From positions 27,944-91,943 of the forward strand of contig JAZDMU010000002.1 in the NCBI GenBank assembly GCA_043800695.1: a DNA stretch of 64,000 nucleotides, in the 5' to 3' direction. Both the position numbers and the translations under genes were made by a program. Below are positions 40,520-50,639 of this stretch, in pieces (positions within the stretch are counted from its first letter, which is position 1; every line of letters starts with the position of its first letter). This DNA comes from Bacteroidota bacterium. Its GTDB lineage: Bacteria; Bacteroidota; Bacteroidia; Bacteroidales; VadinHA17. The notes below the pieces were generated by a model. That model saw only the letters and a program-made list of their open reading frames with translations, was not told the origin of the DNA and searched no databases.

Positions 40520-41593
40520 TTATAGCCTAACCCTTGAGAATTTCATTGCTTTCAGTATCCATTCAGGCAGAGGTCTGCCGTGCTTCCTTTTTCTAAGGTC
40601 AAGATACCAGCCAAGTTTTTTAATTATGGGTATTTTATGGGTTTCAACAAGCTCTATCAGGGTGCCATCCGGATCCTCAATATATGCAAAATGCCCGGCA
40701 GCCTCCCCCATATCGAAGCTGTTCCCGTTATGGCTGTGCATGCTGTCGACCCTGAAAGGATAGCCTTGCTTATTGCAGTACGCCCTCATCTCTTCCATGT
40801 TCACGATATCATAGCACAGTTGGATGAATCCGGGGTCGCCCCAATATCTCCCTTCATATATCTTTCTTCCGGGAGTGTCAGCACATATAAGTTCTATTTC
40901 GCTTTTGCCCAGGATCCTGCTGAAAGGACCTTTTTCCGGCTCCGATCTCCTGAGCAGAACCCTTCTCATCGGCTTGTTTCCGTCGGGAAGCTGAGCAAGA
41001 TCGGGGAAAATACCCGTTGAGTCATACGCCACGATATCGTAACCAAGTATATCGGAATAGAAGCTCTTTGCTTTTTCAATGTTCGAGACGCCGATGATTG
41101 CGCCGTAAGATCCCCCGGAAACCTTGTTCTCATTTATGAACCAGTTATTTCCAACCACCAACTGAAAAATATTTCCATAAGGGTCCTTCACAAAGAAGCT
41201 TTTATTGCCGGCAGGATCCTTCAGAGCCTCTCCCATGATGGTCACATTATTATTTTTATAGAAGGAGAATGCCTCATCAATATTTTTAACTTTCATTTTG
41301 CAGGCTGTGATCCCAAGGTCGCCCAGCTTTATTTCTCCGTTTATATAAACAGGCTCTCTTTCCTTGTGCTGCCATATTTCAAATCCTCCGCCGCTCTGCA
41401 TGTTGATTGCCAGCACTGCATGCCTGCTCCTGGGTTTGCCTCCAGTATATGGCAGCATCAGCTTTGCCACGGCCTCCTCCTCAAAGATCCTGCAGTCCAT
41501 CCCGAACTGTTCGATATACCATTTCCAGGCTTCCTTGAGGTTCTCCACCCCGATGCCTATCTGCTGTATCCCACCTATGTAATATCCCTTCAT
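40520..41593 (-). CDS. VOC/glyoxalase family protein (tandem domains)
   Basis: IQQIGIGV, FFVKDPYGNIFQL, YIEDPDGTLIELVE. Confidence 0.88.
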   Translation of the reverse strand: MKGYYIGGIQQIGIGVENLKEAWKWYIEQFGMDCRIFEEEAVAKLMLPYTGGKPRSRHAVLAINMQSGGGFEIWQHKEREPVYINGEIKLGDLGITACKMKVKNIDEAFSFYKNNNVTIMGEALKDPAGNKSFFVKDPYGNIFQLVVGNNWFINENKVSGGSYGAIIGVSNIEKAKSFYSDILGYDIVAYDSTGIFPDLAQLPDGNKPMRRVLLRRSEPEKGPFSRILGKSEIELICADTPGRKIYEGRYWGDPGFIQLCYDIVNMEEMRAYCNKQGYPFRVDSMHSHNGNSFDMGEAAGHFAYIEDPDGTLIELVETHKIPIIKKLGWYLDLRKRKHGRPLPEWILKAMKFSRVRL

Positions 41594-41610
41594 TCCGGTT
41601 TATTATTTGA

Positions 41611-42420
41611 TCATGTTGATTTAATTTTGTCAGCGATCCTGAAAAACAGCCAGGGCCAGATCCTCCTGATATAAAGCATTGACAACTCCCCGGCACCGAC
41701 AAGAATTTCGCGTTTATTCCTCAATATTCCCCTGACTATTATTCTGGCAGCTCTCTCCGGCGTTATTCCCTTTGCCAGTCCTTCATCCATCCTGCCATGC
41801 TCCCGGCCCTCTCCATTGAGGGCATGATAAGATATGTTTGTCCTTACTCTTCCGGGTATAAGTACCGATGTCCTGATATTATTCTGCTTATTTTCGAGAT
41901 AAAGGGTTTCAAAAAATCCGTGAAGCGCCTGTTTGGAAGCAGAATATGCTGATCTCAGGGGAAAACCGAATCTGCCTGAGATACTGCTTGTTGCAACGAT
42001 ATGTCCCCATTTCTGCCTTATCATGTAAGGGAGTACTGCTTTCGTTAATGCAATAGTCCCGAAATAGTTGATCTCGAATATCTTCCTGTCAAGCCAGAGC
42101 GGAGTTTCATCGACTCTTGCTCTCTGGCTGATCCCTCCTATATTAATTAGGTAATCGAGCCTGTCGGTGACTTTCATCTGCCTGTCTGCCATATTTATGA
42201 TGTCAGAAGTGTCGGAAAGGTCAAATGGCAGGCATGTAACTTCCGGTGATCTTTCTCCGCACGCTGCTTTTACCCTTTCGAGGCCCTGAGCGTCATTGGA
42301 TGAGATAATAACCCTGGCCCCCCTGGCTGTGAATTCATAGACAAGAGCTTCTCCTATCCCTGACGACGCACCTGTGATCCAGGCGGTTTTCCCTGAAAAT
42401 ATCTCCTTTTTCTTTTTCAC
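41611..42420 (-). CDS. SDR family oxidoreductase
   Basis: TGASSGIG and YSASK motifs. Confidence 0.93.
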   Translation of the reverse strand: MKKKKEIFSGKTAWITGASSGIGEALVYEFTARGARVIISSNDAQGLERVKAACGERSPEVTCLPFDLSDTSDIINMADRQMKVTDRLDYLINIGGISQRARVDETPLWLDRKIFEINYFGTIALTKAVLPYMIRQKWGHIVATSSISGRFGFPLRSAYSASKQALHGFFETLYLENKQNNIRTSVLIPGRVRTNISYHALNGEGREHGRMDEGLAKGITPERAARIIVRGILRNKREILVGAGELSMLYIRRIWPWLFFRIADKIKST

Positions 42421-43748
42421 GTCAGGCTGGTGATCAGGGTGAGCAGCTCGTCATGGCTGTTTTTAAGGTCGAAGTAGTCCTTGCTTTTCTCTCTCCTGTA
42501 TTTCCATATTTTGAATCCCCCGATTATACGTTTAAAGATGAGTATATAGTTCCAGGCAAAGAGCCCGGAAAGCGGAAGGCTCGCAAAAATCAGGACTGCA
42601 AGCCACCATGGTGAAACAGAGACAAGGAGGAGTATAAGGATCAGCGGGAGAAGCACCAGTGCTATTGCAAGTGATACAGCGTATCTGAATGTACTTTGAA
42701 ACTGGATGTCTTTCATTCTCCTGATCTTAATATCAGGGAGATAAATAAAAATTGTATTAAAAATACTTCCATAAATATAGAGAGGCAGAGTGATGGTCAG
42801 TCCGATTATTCCGAGGATCATCCAGGCACGAGGGTGTTTCTTTTTCTCCAGGAGCCTGTAGTCTATATTCAGCTCCTTTGCCTTCTGTTTTATCAGCAGG
42901 CTGAGGGCGCAGATTTTCCGGTAAGTGGACTGAACGGTTGATTTGAGCTTGTTCAGTTTGTCGATAAGTATCCTGTCCCTGAACAGCTTCGGCAGTCTTA
43001 TATTATCGCTGAAACGTCCGTTGATCATGCTTCTCAGTTCATCGATAGCTTCATAGTCATCCTGCGATTCAATGTGGACCATAAGTTTTTTCATCTCGGA
43101 AGCCAGCCTGGTCCTCAGCTCATTCAGGGCAATTTCAGGGCTTTTCCGGTAAAGCTCATGATATTCGGATGTATCGATGGGTTTACCAAATACAACTGTA
43201 AGGACCTGTCTGAATCTGCTGTAATGTGTGAATTCAAGGCCAACCGGGATAATCTTGATTTTAAGGCTGAAGCCTGAAGCTTCATCGGCCTGGAATGCGA
43301 TCCTGCAGATACCTTTCTTCAGCTGCCTGAGTCTTCTGAAACCTGCATGATCGCCTTCAGGCAGGATCACAAGTCTGTTTTTATTACGGATTACGTCTAT
43401 TGTTTTATTGAAGATCTCATCATTTTCCTTAAGATTGCTGTAGCCATCCCTTATCCTGTAAACGGGCAGCATTTTGAAGTAATAAAGAAGCGATGCAACG
43501 AATTTCTTCCTGAATATGTCGGCACGAGCAAGAAATATCAGTTGCCCCTTTTGTGCGAAAAGGACTGCAAGAGCATCCATCAGTGCATTCTGGTGGTTGG
43601 GTGCAAAAATGATATGATGTTCGGGATTGATGTTTTCCCTTCCCAGGACAATAACCTTTCTGTAATATATATTATTATGCCAGAACCCGAAAACAGATTT
43701 TATTATGCTATACCCTATCGAGTACTTCTCAATATTCTTCCTTCCCAT
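42417..43748 (-). CDS. PlsC-family acyltransferase with C-terminal TM helices
   Basis: PNHQNALMD (HX4D), LPEG, IIPVGL. Confidence 0.9.
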   Translation of the reverse strand: MGRKNIEKYSIGYSIIKSVFGFWHNNIYYRKVIVLGRENINPEHHIIFAPNHQNALMDALAVLFAQKGQLIFLARADIFRKKFVASLLYYFKMLPVYRIRDGYSNLKENDEIFNKTIDVIRNKNRLVILPEGDHAGFRRLRQLKKGICRIAFQADEASGFSLKIKIIPVGLEFTHYSRFRQVLTVVFGKPIDTSEYHELYRKSPEIALNELRTRLASEMKKLMVHIESQDDYEAIDELRSMINGRFSDNIRLPKLFRDRILIDKLNKLKSTVQSTYRKICALSLLIKQKAKELNIDYRLLEKKKHPRAWMILGIIGLTITLPLYIYGSIFNTIFIYLPDIKIRRMKDIQFQSTFRYAVSLAIALVLLPLILILLLVSVSPWWLAVLIFASLPLSGLFAWNYILIFKRIIGGFKIWKYRREKSKDYFDLKNSHDELLTLITSLT

Positions 43749-43884
43749 ATCGGAATCGCAAAATAACTCTTGTTGTCTTCAGTTAATCGGAAAGTATGCA
43801 AGTTAAAAAAAAATAGATTTTGAGTGTTCGTAGCACAAGATGTTTTATGGATAATTTATGGATTTATAAGTCTTTATACTACCA

Positions 43885-44280
43885 TCAGGGGTCGTCAAAA
43901 CCGTTGGTCCATTTGTCAATAACCCTTCTTTCTTTTTTTGTCGGACGGCCGGTTCCTCTCCGTCTGTAACCGGGAAATCCGGGCTGCTGCATTTCAAGTT
44001 TGGCTTTTTCGCTTTCAGGCGTAAGGTCCTCGAAATTGTTTGCTGCAAGTTTTGCGGAGACACGGTTATCGATAAGATGAATAACTTTATATGAGTAGGT
44101 TACCGGAGGTTTCCTGACTGTAATGATTTCATTTACATGCAACATTTTTGACGGTCGGGCAGGATTGTCATCAATCAGTATGCGGCCTCTTCTGCAGGCA
44201 TCAGCTACCATGCTCCGGGTCTTGTAGATCCTTACAGCCCAGAGGAATTTGTCAATTCTTACAGGAGGATTCTCGGTCAT
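43885..44280 (-). CDS. hslR: Ribosome-associated heat shock protein Hsp15 (S4 domain)
   Basis: RIDKFLWAVRIYKTRS, GRPTKKERR. Confidence 0.93.
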   Translation of the reverse strand: MTENPPVRIDKFLWAVRIYKTRSMVADACRRGRILIDDNPARPSKMLHVNEIITVRKPPVTYSYKVIHLIDNRVSAKLAANNFEDLTPESEKAKLEMQQPGFPGYRRRGTGRPTKKERRVIDKWTNGFDDP

Positions 44281-44870
44281 TTTTTTGTGATGCCGGTGGA
44301 GATTTTTCCTGCCTTGTTGAAGGTGGTCATTGTAAGATCGGCACCGACTGTTCCGAAAGATCTGATCATTTCGATTACGACGGCAATTCTTTCTGCAAGG
44401 AATTTTTTCTCTTCAGCGTTCCATCTTCCTAGCACATAATTTACCTGCGAGCCTTTGCTGAAGCCGTTGCCTATGCCAACCCTTACTCTTGCGTATTCAA
44501 CGGTGGCAAGCACACTGCTGATGTGTGCCAGTCCGTTATGTCCTCCATCGCTTCCTTTTGTCCTCATCCTTATACTGCCGAGCGGAAGGGCGAGATCATC
44601 AACTATGACCAGAAGATTTTCGACAGGTATCTTTTCCTTCTTCAACCAGTACCTGACTGCATTGCCGCTGAGGTTCATGTAGGTCGATGGCTTGAGAAGC
44701 ATAAACACCCTGCCCTTGTGTTTGACTAAGGAGATGAACCCGTAACGCCTGTCGGTAAAAAAAACATTGGATGCCGTTGCCATGGCATCCAATACCATAA
44801 ATCCTATATTATGCCGGGTATCAGCGTACCCGTCGCCTATGTTTCCCAGGCCAACTATCAGATACTTCAT
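44277..44870 (-). CDS. pth: Peptidyl-tRNA hydrolase
   Basis: VGLGN, TRHNIGF, KPSTYMNLSG, GGHNGL. Confidence 0.98.
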   Translation of the reverse strand: MKYLIVGLGNIGDGYADTRHNIGFMVLDAMATASNVFFTDRRYGFISLVKHKGRVFMLLKPSTYMNLSGNAVRYWLKKEKIPVENLLVIVDDLALPLGSIRMRTKGSDGGHNGLAHISSVLATVEYARVRVGIGNGFSKGSQVNYVLGRWNAEEKKFLAERIAVVIEMIRSFGTVGADLTMTTFNKAGKISTGITKK

Positions 44871-44895
44871 TGTGCCTGCTTATTAGAAAGGATGA

Positions 44896-45606
44896 CTAAG
44901 CTTTTTTGTCTTTCTCCTTATCCTTACCCTTTTCCTTCTCCTTCTCCTTACCCTTTTCCTTGTCCTTTTCAGCGCCAGGAGTTTCAGCAGCAGCTTCAAC
45001 GCCTTCAGCAGCAGCGGCGGCGGCGGCAGCTTCAGCAGCTTCCTCTTCTTCAGTCTTCAGGGCAACACGTGACGTGGCCACTGTGACGACTGTGGTAATT
45101 TTCGGATCTATAAGTTCAATTTTATCGTATGAAAGATCTCCTATCTTGATGGAGTGAGCGATCTTAAGCCCGGTTACATCAATAACAAGTTCTTCAGGGA
45201 GGTTCTCTGCAAGCCCTTTTACTTTAATGTGCCGCTTCTTGACGATCAGTTTACCACCGGCCTTAACTCCTTCTGCATCTCCGGTAACTGTCACAGGTAT
45301 ATCGATAGTGACTGGCTTGTTGTCAAATATCTGGACGAAATCGGCATGTATGAGCTTGTCGGTAACAGGATGAAACTGCATATCATGAAGAACGGCATTG
45401 TATTCCTGATTGTCAAGGTTTAGTTTTACCAGGTGAGCCTCATGAGTAAAAATGAGATTTCTGAAACTGTTCTCGTGAGCAAAAAAGTGAACGTTGTTGT
45501 CTTTCAGGTACATCACACACGGCACGCTTCCTGATTTGCGGAGCTGTTTTGAATCCTTTTTACCCAGTTCTTTTCTGAGTGATCCTTTGATTTCTATAGT
45601 CTTCAT
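44896..45606 (-). CDS. rplY: 50S ribosomal protein L25/Ctc with Ala- and Lys/Glu-rich tail
   Basis: QFHPVTDKLIHADF, GVKAGG; between prs and pth. Confidence 0.96.
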   Translation of the reverse strand: MKTIEIKGSLRKELGKKDSKQLRKSGSVPCVMYLKDNNVHFFAHENSFRNLIFTHEAHLVKLNLDNQEYNAVLHDMQFHPVTDKLIHADFVQIFDNKPVTIDIPVTVTGDAEGVKAGGKLIVKKRHIKVKGLAENLPEELVIDVTGLKIAHSIKIGDLSYDKIELIDPKITTVVTVATSRVALKTEEEEAAEAAAAAAAAEGVEAAAETPGAEKDKEKGKEKEKEKGKDKEKDKKA

Positions 45607-45693
45607 TATTAGTGTTTTATGTGCTACTCAATCCCGCGTACGCGGGATCCCATTACACGTTAAAAAATCGGACGCAAATATATGACAAAGGAA

Positions 45694-46632
45694 TCAGAAT
45701 ACAAAATTTGTACTGATTGACTGGTTGGTATTTACTGCCTGGATGGTTGTGGCAAATATATCCGCCATTGATAGCACTTTGATCTTATTCGATGTGTTCC
45801 TGAAAGGGACAGAATCGCTAACTACAAGTTCCTCGAGAGCGGAATTGTCGATTCTTTCAACGGCATTTCCGGAAAGTATCGGATGAGTGGCTAATGCCCT
45901 GATACTCTGAGCTCCCCTGTCCTTCATCATACTGGCAGCCAGAACAAGAGTATTTGCTGTATCCACCATGTCGTCAATGATGATGACATTCTTTCCCTCA
46001 ACATCACCGATGATCGACATCTCCTCTACGATATTCGGCTTTTTCCGTAGCTTGTAGCACAGAACCATATCCGACTGAAGGAATCTTGAATAGGCGTTGG
46101 CTCTTTTTGAGCCTCCCATGTCGGGTGCTGAAACCGTAAGATTATTAAGGTTCAGGTTTTCAATATATGGAGCGAATATGGCAGATCCGAAAAGGTGATC
46201 AACCGGGACATTGAAAAATCCCTGTATCTGGTCAGCATGAAGGTCCATCGTTATTACCCTGTCGACTCCGGCAGTGCTGAGAAGATCGGCTGTCAGTTTT
46301 GACCCTATTGAAACCCTGGGACGGTCCTTCCTGTCCTGCCTGGCAAATCCGTAATATGGAATGACGGCGATCACCTTGTATGCCGATGCCCTCTTTGCAG
46401 CATCGATCATAAGGAGAAGCTCAAGAAGGTTTTCAGCCGGAGGATTCGTAGATTGAATGATAAAGACCATATCTCCCCTTACTGATTCATCAAAACAGGG
46501 CTGAAATTCCCCATCGCTGAAGCATGTAACTGAACTTTTCCCGAGTTCTACACCCAGACTGCTTGCAATCTTCTCAGCGAGGACCCTTGACGATCTGCAT
46601 GAAAAAATTTTCAGGGGAGCTTTTCCGAACAT
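45694..46632 (-). CDS. prs: Ribose-phosphate pyrophosphokinase
   Basis: FSDGE, ARQDRK, DLHADQIQGFF, PDMGG, IIDDMVDT. Confidence 0.98.
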   Translation of the reverse strand: MFGKAPLKIFSCRSSRVLAEKIASSLGVELGKSSVTCFSDGEFQPCFDESVRGDMVFIIQSTNPPAENLLELLLMIDAAKRASAYKVIAVIPYYGFARQDRKDRPRVSIGSKLTADLLSTAGVDRVITMDLHADQIQGFFNVPVDHLFGSAIFAPYIENLNLNNLTVSAPDMGGSKRANAYSRFLQSDMVLCYKLRKKPNIVEEMSIIGDVEGKNVIIIDDMVDTANTLVLAASMMKDRGAQSIRALATHPILSGNAVERIDNSALEELVVSDSVPFRNTSNKIKVLSMADIFATTIQAVNTNQSISTNFVF

Positions 46633-46680
46633 TTTGTGGTATTTTAGCTGTTAATCCTAAGAATGACAATGCAAAATTAA

Positions 46681-47304
46681 TTATTCCTCAATAACTCCCG
46701 GCCTTTTTGAAAACTTGTTGATAGATTCTTCAATGAACCCGAGGATCTCTTTTCTCCCCTCCTTCCTTACGGCAGATGCAATAAAAGTGACTGGCAGTGA
46801 TTCCCAGTTCAGGAGCATTTCATCATCATATTTTTTGACCGATCCCCTGAGTTCAAAGCTTCTGACCTTATCGCTTTTGGTAAAGACCCTGGCAAAAGGG
46901 ATCTGATTCCGGCCAAGAAACTCCATGAAACCGATATCGGATTGCTGTGGTTTAAGCCTGCAATCCAGAAGCACAAACAGGCATACCAGATTTTCTCTCT
47001 TAAGAATAAAATCCCTGGTTGATCTGGTCCATTTATCACGCAGCCCGGTGGGAACCTTTGCAAATCCGTAGCCCGGAAGATCCACAAGGTACCATTCTTC
47101 GTTTATCAGGAAATGATTTATCGTTCTTGTTTTACCAGGAGTACCTGAAATTTTTGCAAGTTTGTTCCATCCGGTCAGCATGTTGATAAGTGACGACTTG
47201 CCGACATTCGAGCGTCCGATGAATCCGAATTCAGGCTTGTCCGGTTCCGGGCACTGCTTTATCAGGGTGCTGCTTTTAATATAAGAGGCTGTTCTTATTA
47301 TCAT
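46681..47304 (-). CDS. engB: Ribosome biogenesis GTPase EngB/YihA
   Basis: GRSNVGKSSLIN, PGKT, DLPGYG, TKSDK. Confidence 0.97.
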   Translation of the reverse strand: MIIRTASYIKSSTLIKQCPEPDKPEFGFIGRSNVGKSSLINMLTGWNKLAKISGTPGKTRTINHFLINEEWYLVDLPGYGFAKVPTGLRDKWTRSTRDFILKRENLVCLFVLLDCRLKPQQSDIGFMEFLGRNQIPFARVFTKSDKVRSFELRGSVKKYDDEMLLNWESLPVTFIASAVRKEGRKEILGFIEESINKFSKRPGVIEE

Positions 47305-47313
47305 CTCCGGTCT

Positions 47314-48084
47314 TCAGTTCAGATCGCTGTATGGAAGCTCGATCTTCCTGTAAATGAGGTGACGGTTTCCGAATTGTGTTACTATCTCGGCAATCACTCC
47401 AACGTATGCGGGTTTTGCAGAATCTGATTTTCTAAGGATAAGTGATGTTTTCCCGTTGACAACATCAAGTTCCCTGATAAGCGCCGTATCAAAGCGGCCG
47501 TCAGTGAAATCGCCGCGGTAGAACTTGACTTTTGTCGTTTTGTCCGACATCGAAAGGCCGATCCTGTAATATCCTTTTGAACCGTATTCGTCAATGATCT
47601 CTGTAACTATCTCCGGATAAGTCCGTATAACCCTTCCATTAGGGTCATACTCCTCCAGAAAAGGTGTCCGGAGTCCTTTGCTGAAGCCTATCATAGCCTT
47701 TAATTTCCCTGTCCTGTAGTATTGTTTCTGAATTCCGTCAACTGTATCGGTTTTGTAGGGTGTTGTCCTGAAAGTCTGGCCTTCAAGATAATACCACACG
47801 GCAGAATCTTCTCTGAATCCGTTTTCATACCAGAATGTCTGGTAGAGCTGGCCGCCGGGGTAATATGTTTTCATTAACCCGTCACGCACTCCGTTGCTGA
47901 AGGTCACTTCCTTAAGCATAAGTTCATTGCTGAAGTATTGCTTGATACCTGTATAGCCGGTATCAGGTACTGATACAGTATCGGCATCAGCTGCCAGGCC
48001 TTTTCCGGATGAACCTTTCCCTGAGCACCCGGCAAGGATCACCAGAGCAGCAAACAGTAAAACGGGAGAAGTTATTTTGTTCAT
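47314..48084 (-). CDS. Lipoprotein with MORN-variant (YwqK-like) repeats
   Basis: LAGC lipobox; repeats such as NGVRDGLMKTYYPGGQL, DGIQKQYYRTGKL. Confidence 0.8.
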   Translation of the reverse strand: MNKITSPVLLFAALVILAGCSGKGSSGKGLAADADTVSVPDTGYTGIKQYFSNELMLKEVTFSNGVRDGLMKTYYPGGQLYQTFWYENGFREDSAVWYYLEGQTFRTTPYKTDTVDGIQKQYYRTGKLKAMIGFSKGLRTPFLEEYDPNGRVIRTYPEIVTEIIDEYGSKGYYRIGLSMSDKTTKVKFYRGDFTDGRFDTALIRELDVVNGKTSLILRKSDSAKPAYVGVIAEIVTQFGNRHLIYRKIELPYSDLN

Positions 48085-48089
48085 AAATT

Positions 48090-49100
48090 TTAATTATTTG
48101 ATTTAGAGAGGTATAAGTCAGTGTTGATGAACACTTCAAGGACTTTTGATTCATGGAGCGGTTCGAGTACCACCTCTTTGATCATTGCAGGAAGGAGCAC
48201 GGTCTCCCCCCTTTTTACCGGTTCTGAACTGTCATCCCATCTGATCATGAATTCCCCGTCGGTACAAATGTAAATTATAAATGAATCGAACAGGTTATAG
48301 TCTTTTTTAATTCTTTCATTGAAGCTGATTACGTTTGTGGTGAAGAATTCACAGCTTACAAGATTTTCGGTCCTGTTGAGCACAGGATCCCTGACGATCT
48401 TTGCATTTCCGGAGCTTTTGAAATCGATCGCAACCTCTGCCATATCATTATGGAGCTCCCTGGGGTTACCGTCGTATCCCTTTCTGTTCCAGTCAAATAT
48501 CCTGTAAGTTATATCCGATGTCTGCTGGATTTCAGCAAGGGTGATACCGGCTCCTATGGAATGCACCCTGCCGGCCGGGGTAAAAAATACATCTCCTGCC
48601 TCAGGAGTTTCGATGTTCAGAAGATTTGCCAGGTCGCCGGCCGACACTGAGTCCAGCCAGGTTTCCCTGGTTACGGGTTCCCTGAATCCTGTATAAATTT
48701 TAGAGCCTTTTTCGCTTTCAAGGATATACCACATCTCAGTTTTCCCGTATGCATTGTGCCGTTCTCTGGCCATCTTATCGTCCGGATGTACCTGTATTGA
48801 CAGATCCTCCCGCGCCTCAATGAGTTTGATGAGAAGCGGGAATTCGTTGCCGAATCTTTCGAAAACCGCATCTCCTGTAAGGTCACCCATATAGACTTCG
48901 ATAAGTTCTTCAATGTTATTGCCTGCAAGAAAACCATTGCTGACCACTGAAAGGTTATCCGTGACGGCAGATATCTCCCAGCTCTCGCCATATTTAAGCG
49001 ACGGATCGCCAGGTTTGTGATATTTTGTTACAAGTTTGCTTCCTCCCCACACTTTTTCCTTTAGTACGGGTTCAAATTTTAACGGGTAAAGCTCCGACAT
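48090..49100 (-). CDS. manA: Mannose-6-phosphate isomerase, class I
   Basis: VWGG, GESWE, LSIQVHP, KTEMWY, GRVHSIG, EIQQTSD. Confidence 0.95.
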   Translation of the reverse strand: MSELYPLKFEPVLKEKVWGGSKLVTKYHKPGDPSLKYGESWEISAVTDNLSVVSNGFLAGNNIEELIEVYMGDLTGDAVFERFGNEFPLLIKLIEAREDLSIQVHPDDKMARERHNAYGKTEMWYILESEKGSKIYTGFREPVTRETWLDSVSAGDLANLLNIETPEAGDVFFTPAGRVHSIGAGITLAEIQQTSDITYRIFDWNRKGYDGNPRELHNDMAEVAIDFKSSGNAKIVRDPVLNRTENLVSCEFFTTNVISFNERIKKDYNLFDSFIIYICTDGEFMIRWDDSSEPVKRGETVLLPAMIKEVVLEPLHESKVLEVFINTDLYLSKSNN

Positions 49101-49104
49101 AAAT

Positions 49105-49196
49105 AAGTGCCTAAAGTGCCTAAAGTGCCTAAAGTACTTAGAGTTATGAGTTCTGAAGTTCTGGCTCAATACTCACTTTAGTTCACTTTAAACTTT
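49105..49196. repeat. 9-nt tandem array (AAGTGCCTA x3 plus degenerate) with inverted cacttta copies
   Basis: Read directly upstream of manA start. Confidence 0.8.
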
Positions 49197-49200
49197 TTAT

Positions 49201-49222
49201 TACATTTGGTAAAGCAAATGTA
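49201..49222. promoter_or_regulatory. Two opposed TACATTTG -7 boxes serving udk (+) and manA (-)
   Basis: tacatttg-gtaaag-caaatgta palindrome. Confidence 0.6.
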
Positions 49223-49229
49223 ATAAATA

Positions 49230-49850
49230 ATGCTGATAGTAGGAATCGCAGGCGGCACAGGGTCAGGAAAAACTACAGTCGTTAAAAAGCTGATACAGGT
49301 ATTCCCTGACGGACAGATAGTTGTGATGCCGCAGGATGCCTATTACAAGGACAACGGGCATATTCCCCTCGAGGAGAGGCAGAAGATAAATTTTGATCAT
49401 CCCGACTCGGTTGAATTCAGTCTCCTGATCGATCATCTCAGGCAGATGAGGGAAGGAAAGGCCGTTGAGATGCCGGTCTATTCATACCTGACCTGCCTCA
49501 GGTCAGAAGAAACAATTACATTGAAACCGGCAAAAGTTGTACTGGTTGAGGGCATTCTAATCCTTTGCGACAGCGGTTTGCGCAGCATGCTGGACATCAA
49601 AGTTTTTGTCGATGCTGATGCTGATGACCGCCTGGGAAGGGTTATTCAGCGCGATATTGAGGAGCGTGGCCGTGATGTCCGGATGGTACTTAACAGGTAT
49701 TATGAGACTGTAAAGCCTTCACATCTTCAGTTTATTGAGCCTTCAAAAAGATATGCCGACATAATTATTCCGGGAGGAGCGGAGAACCTGGTTGGCATTG
49801 ACGTGCTCGTAACAATAATAGAAAAACAGCTGTCACACAAAAAATCATAG
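49230..49850 (+). CDS. udk: Uridine kinase
   Basis: GIAGGTGSGKTT, QDAYY, NFDHP, EPSKRYADII. Confidence 0.97.
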   Translation: MLIVGIAGGTGSGKTTVVKKLIQVFPDGQIVVMPQDAYYKDNGHIPLEERQKINFDHPDSVEFSLLIDHLRQMREGKAVEMPVYSYLTCLRSEETITLKPAKVVLVEGILILCDSGLRSMLDIKVFVDADADDRLGRVIQRDIEERGRDVRMVLNRYYETVKPSHLQFIEPSKRYADIIIPGGAENLVGIDVLVTIIEKQLSHKKS

Positions 49851-49852
49851 CC

Positions 49853-50575
49853 ATGCTTGAAAACATAAGGATTGAGGATATTATGTTCATTGACATAGAA
49901 ACTGTACCGCAGGTATCCTTGTTCGATGAGTTGGATAACCCGATGCAAAGCCTTTGGGACAAGAAATCAAAGCTGTTCAGGCTGCCCGATCAGACACCGG
50001 CTGAGGCTTATGAAAGGGCCGGCATCTATTCGGAGTTCGGAAAGATTATTTGCATCTCATCAGGGTTTATAAGGGATAAGAATCCTTACAGTTTCAGGCT
50101 TAAGTCGTTTTACGGCGATGATGAAAAAAAGCTGCTCTCTGAATTCTCAGAAATGCTTTCCAGATTCTCAAAATCAAACAGGGAGCCTCTCCTGTGCGCA
50201 CATAACGGCAAGGAATTCGACTTCCCCTATATTGCAAGGAGGATGATTGTTCATGGCCTTGTGATACCTGAGATACTCGACAATGCCGGTAAAAAACCAT
50301 GGGAGCTGAAACTCCTGGATACAATGGATCTGTGGAAATTCGGCGATCACAAAAATTATACCTCACTTGAACTCATGTCTACGATCCTTGGCATACCGTC
50401 ACCGAAGGATGATATTGATGGAAGTATGGTAGCCAGGGTCTACTATGAAGAGCACGACCTTACACGGATAGTAAGATATTGTGAGAAGGATGTTCTGACA
50501 ATAGCCAGGATACTCCTGCGATTCAGGAATCTTCCGGGAATCACTGATGACAGGGTGGAGTCGGTGACGGTGTGA
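49853..50575 (+). CDS. 3'-5' exonuclease (PolB-related)
   Basis: IDIET, AHNGKEFDFP, YCEKDV. Confidence 0.9.
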   Translation: MLENIRIEDIMFIDIETVPQVSLFDELDNPMQSLWDKKSKLFRLPDQTPAEAYERAGIYSEFGKIICISSGFIRDKNPYSFRLKSFYGDDEKKLLSEFSEMLSRFSKSNREPLLCAHNGKEFDFPYIARRMIVHGLVIPEILDNAGKKPWELKLLDTMDLWKFGDHKNYTSLELMSTILGIPSPKDDIDGSMVARVYYEEHDLTRIVRYCEKDVLTIARILLRFRNLPGITDDRVESVTV

Positions 50576-50639
50576 GCAGATCCCCAAGTGCCTCTGCCAC
50601 TGCTTCAGGATTATCAACATGTATCCAGTGGCCGGCATT

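Noticed and set aside
44900-45060. Low-complexity repeats at the rplY 3' end
   Set aside because: Encode an ordinary Ala-rich and Lys/Glu-rich tail
47314-48084. Toxin-antitoxin system suggested by YwqK-like repeats
   Set aside because: No adjacent toxin; the repeats are generic MORN variants in a lipoprotein
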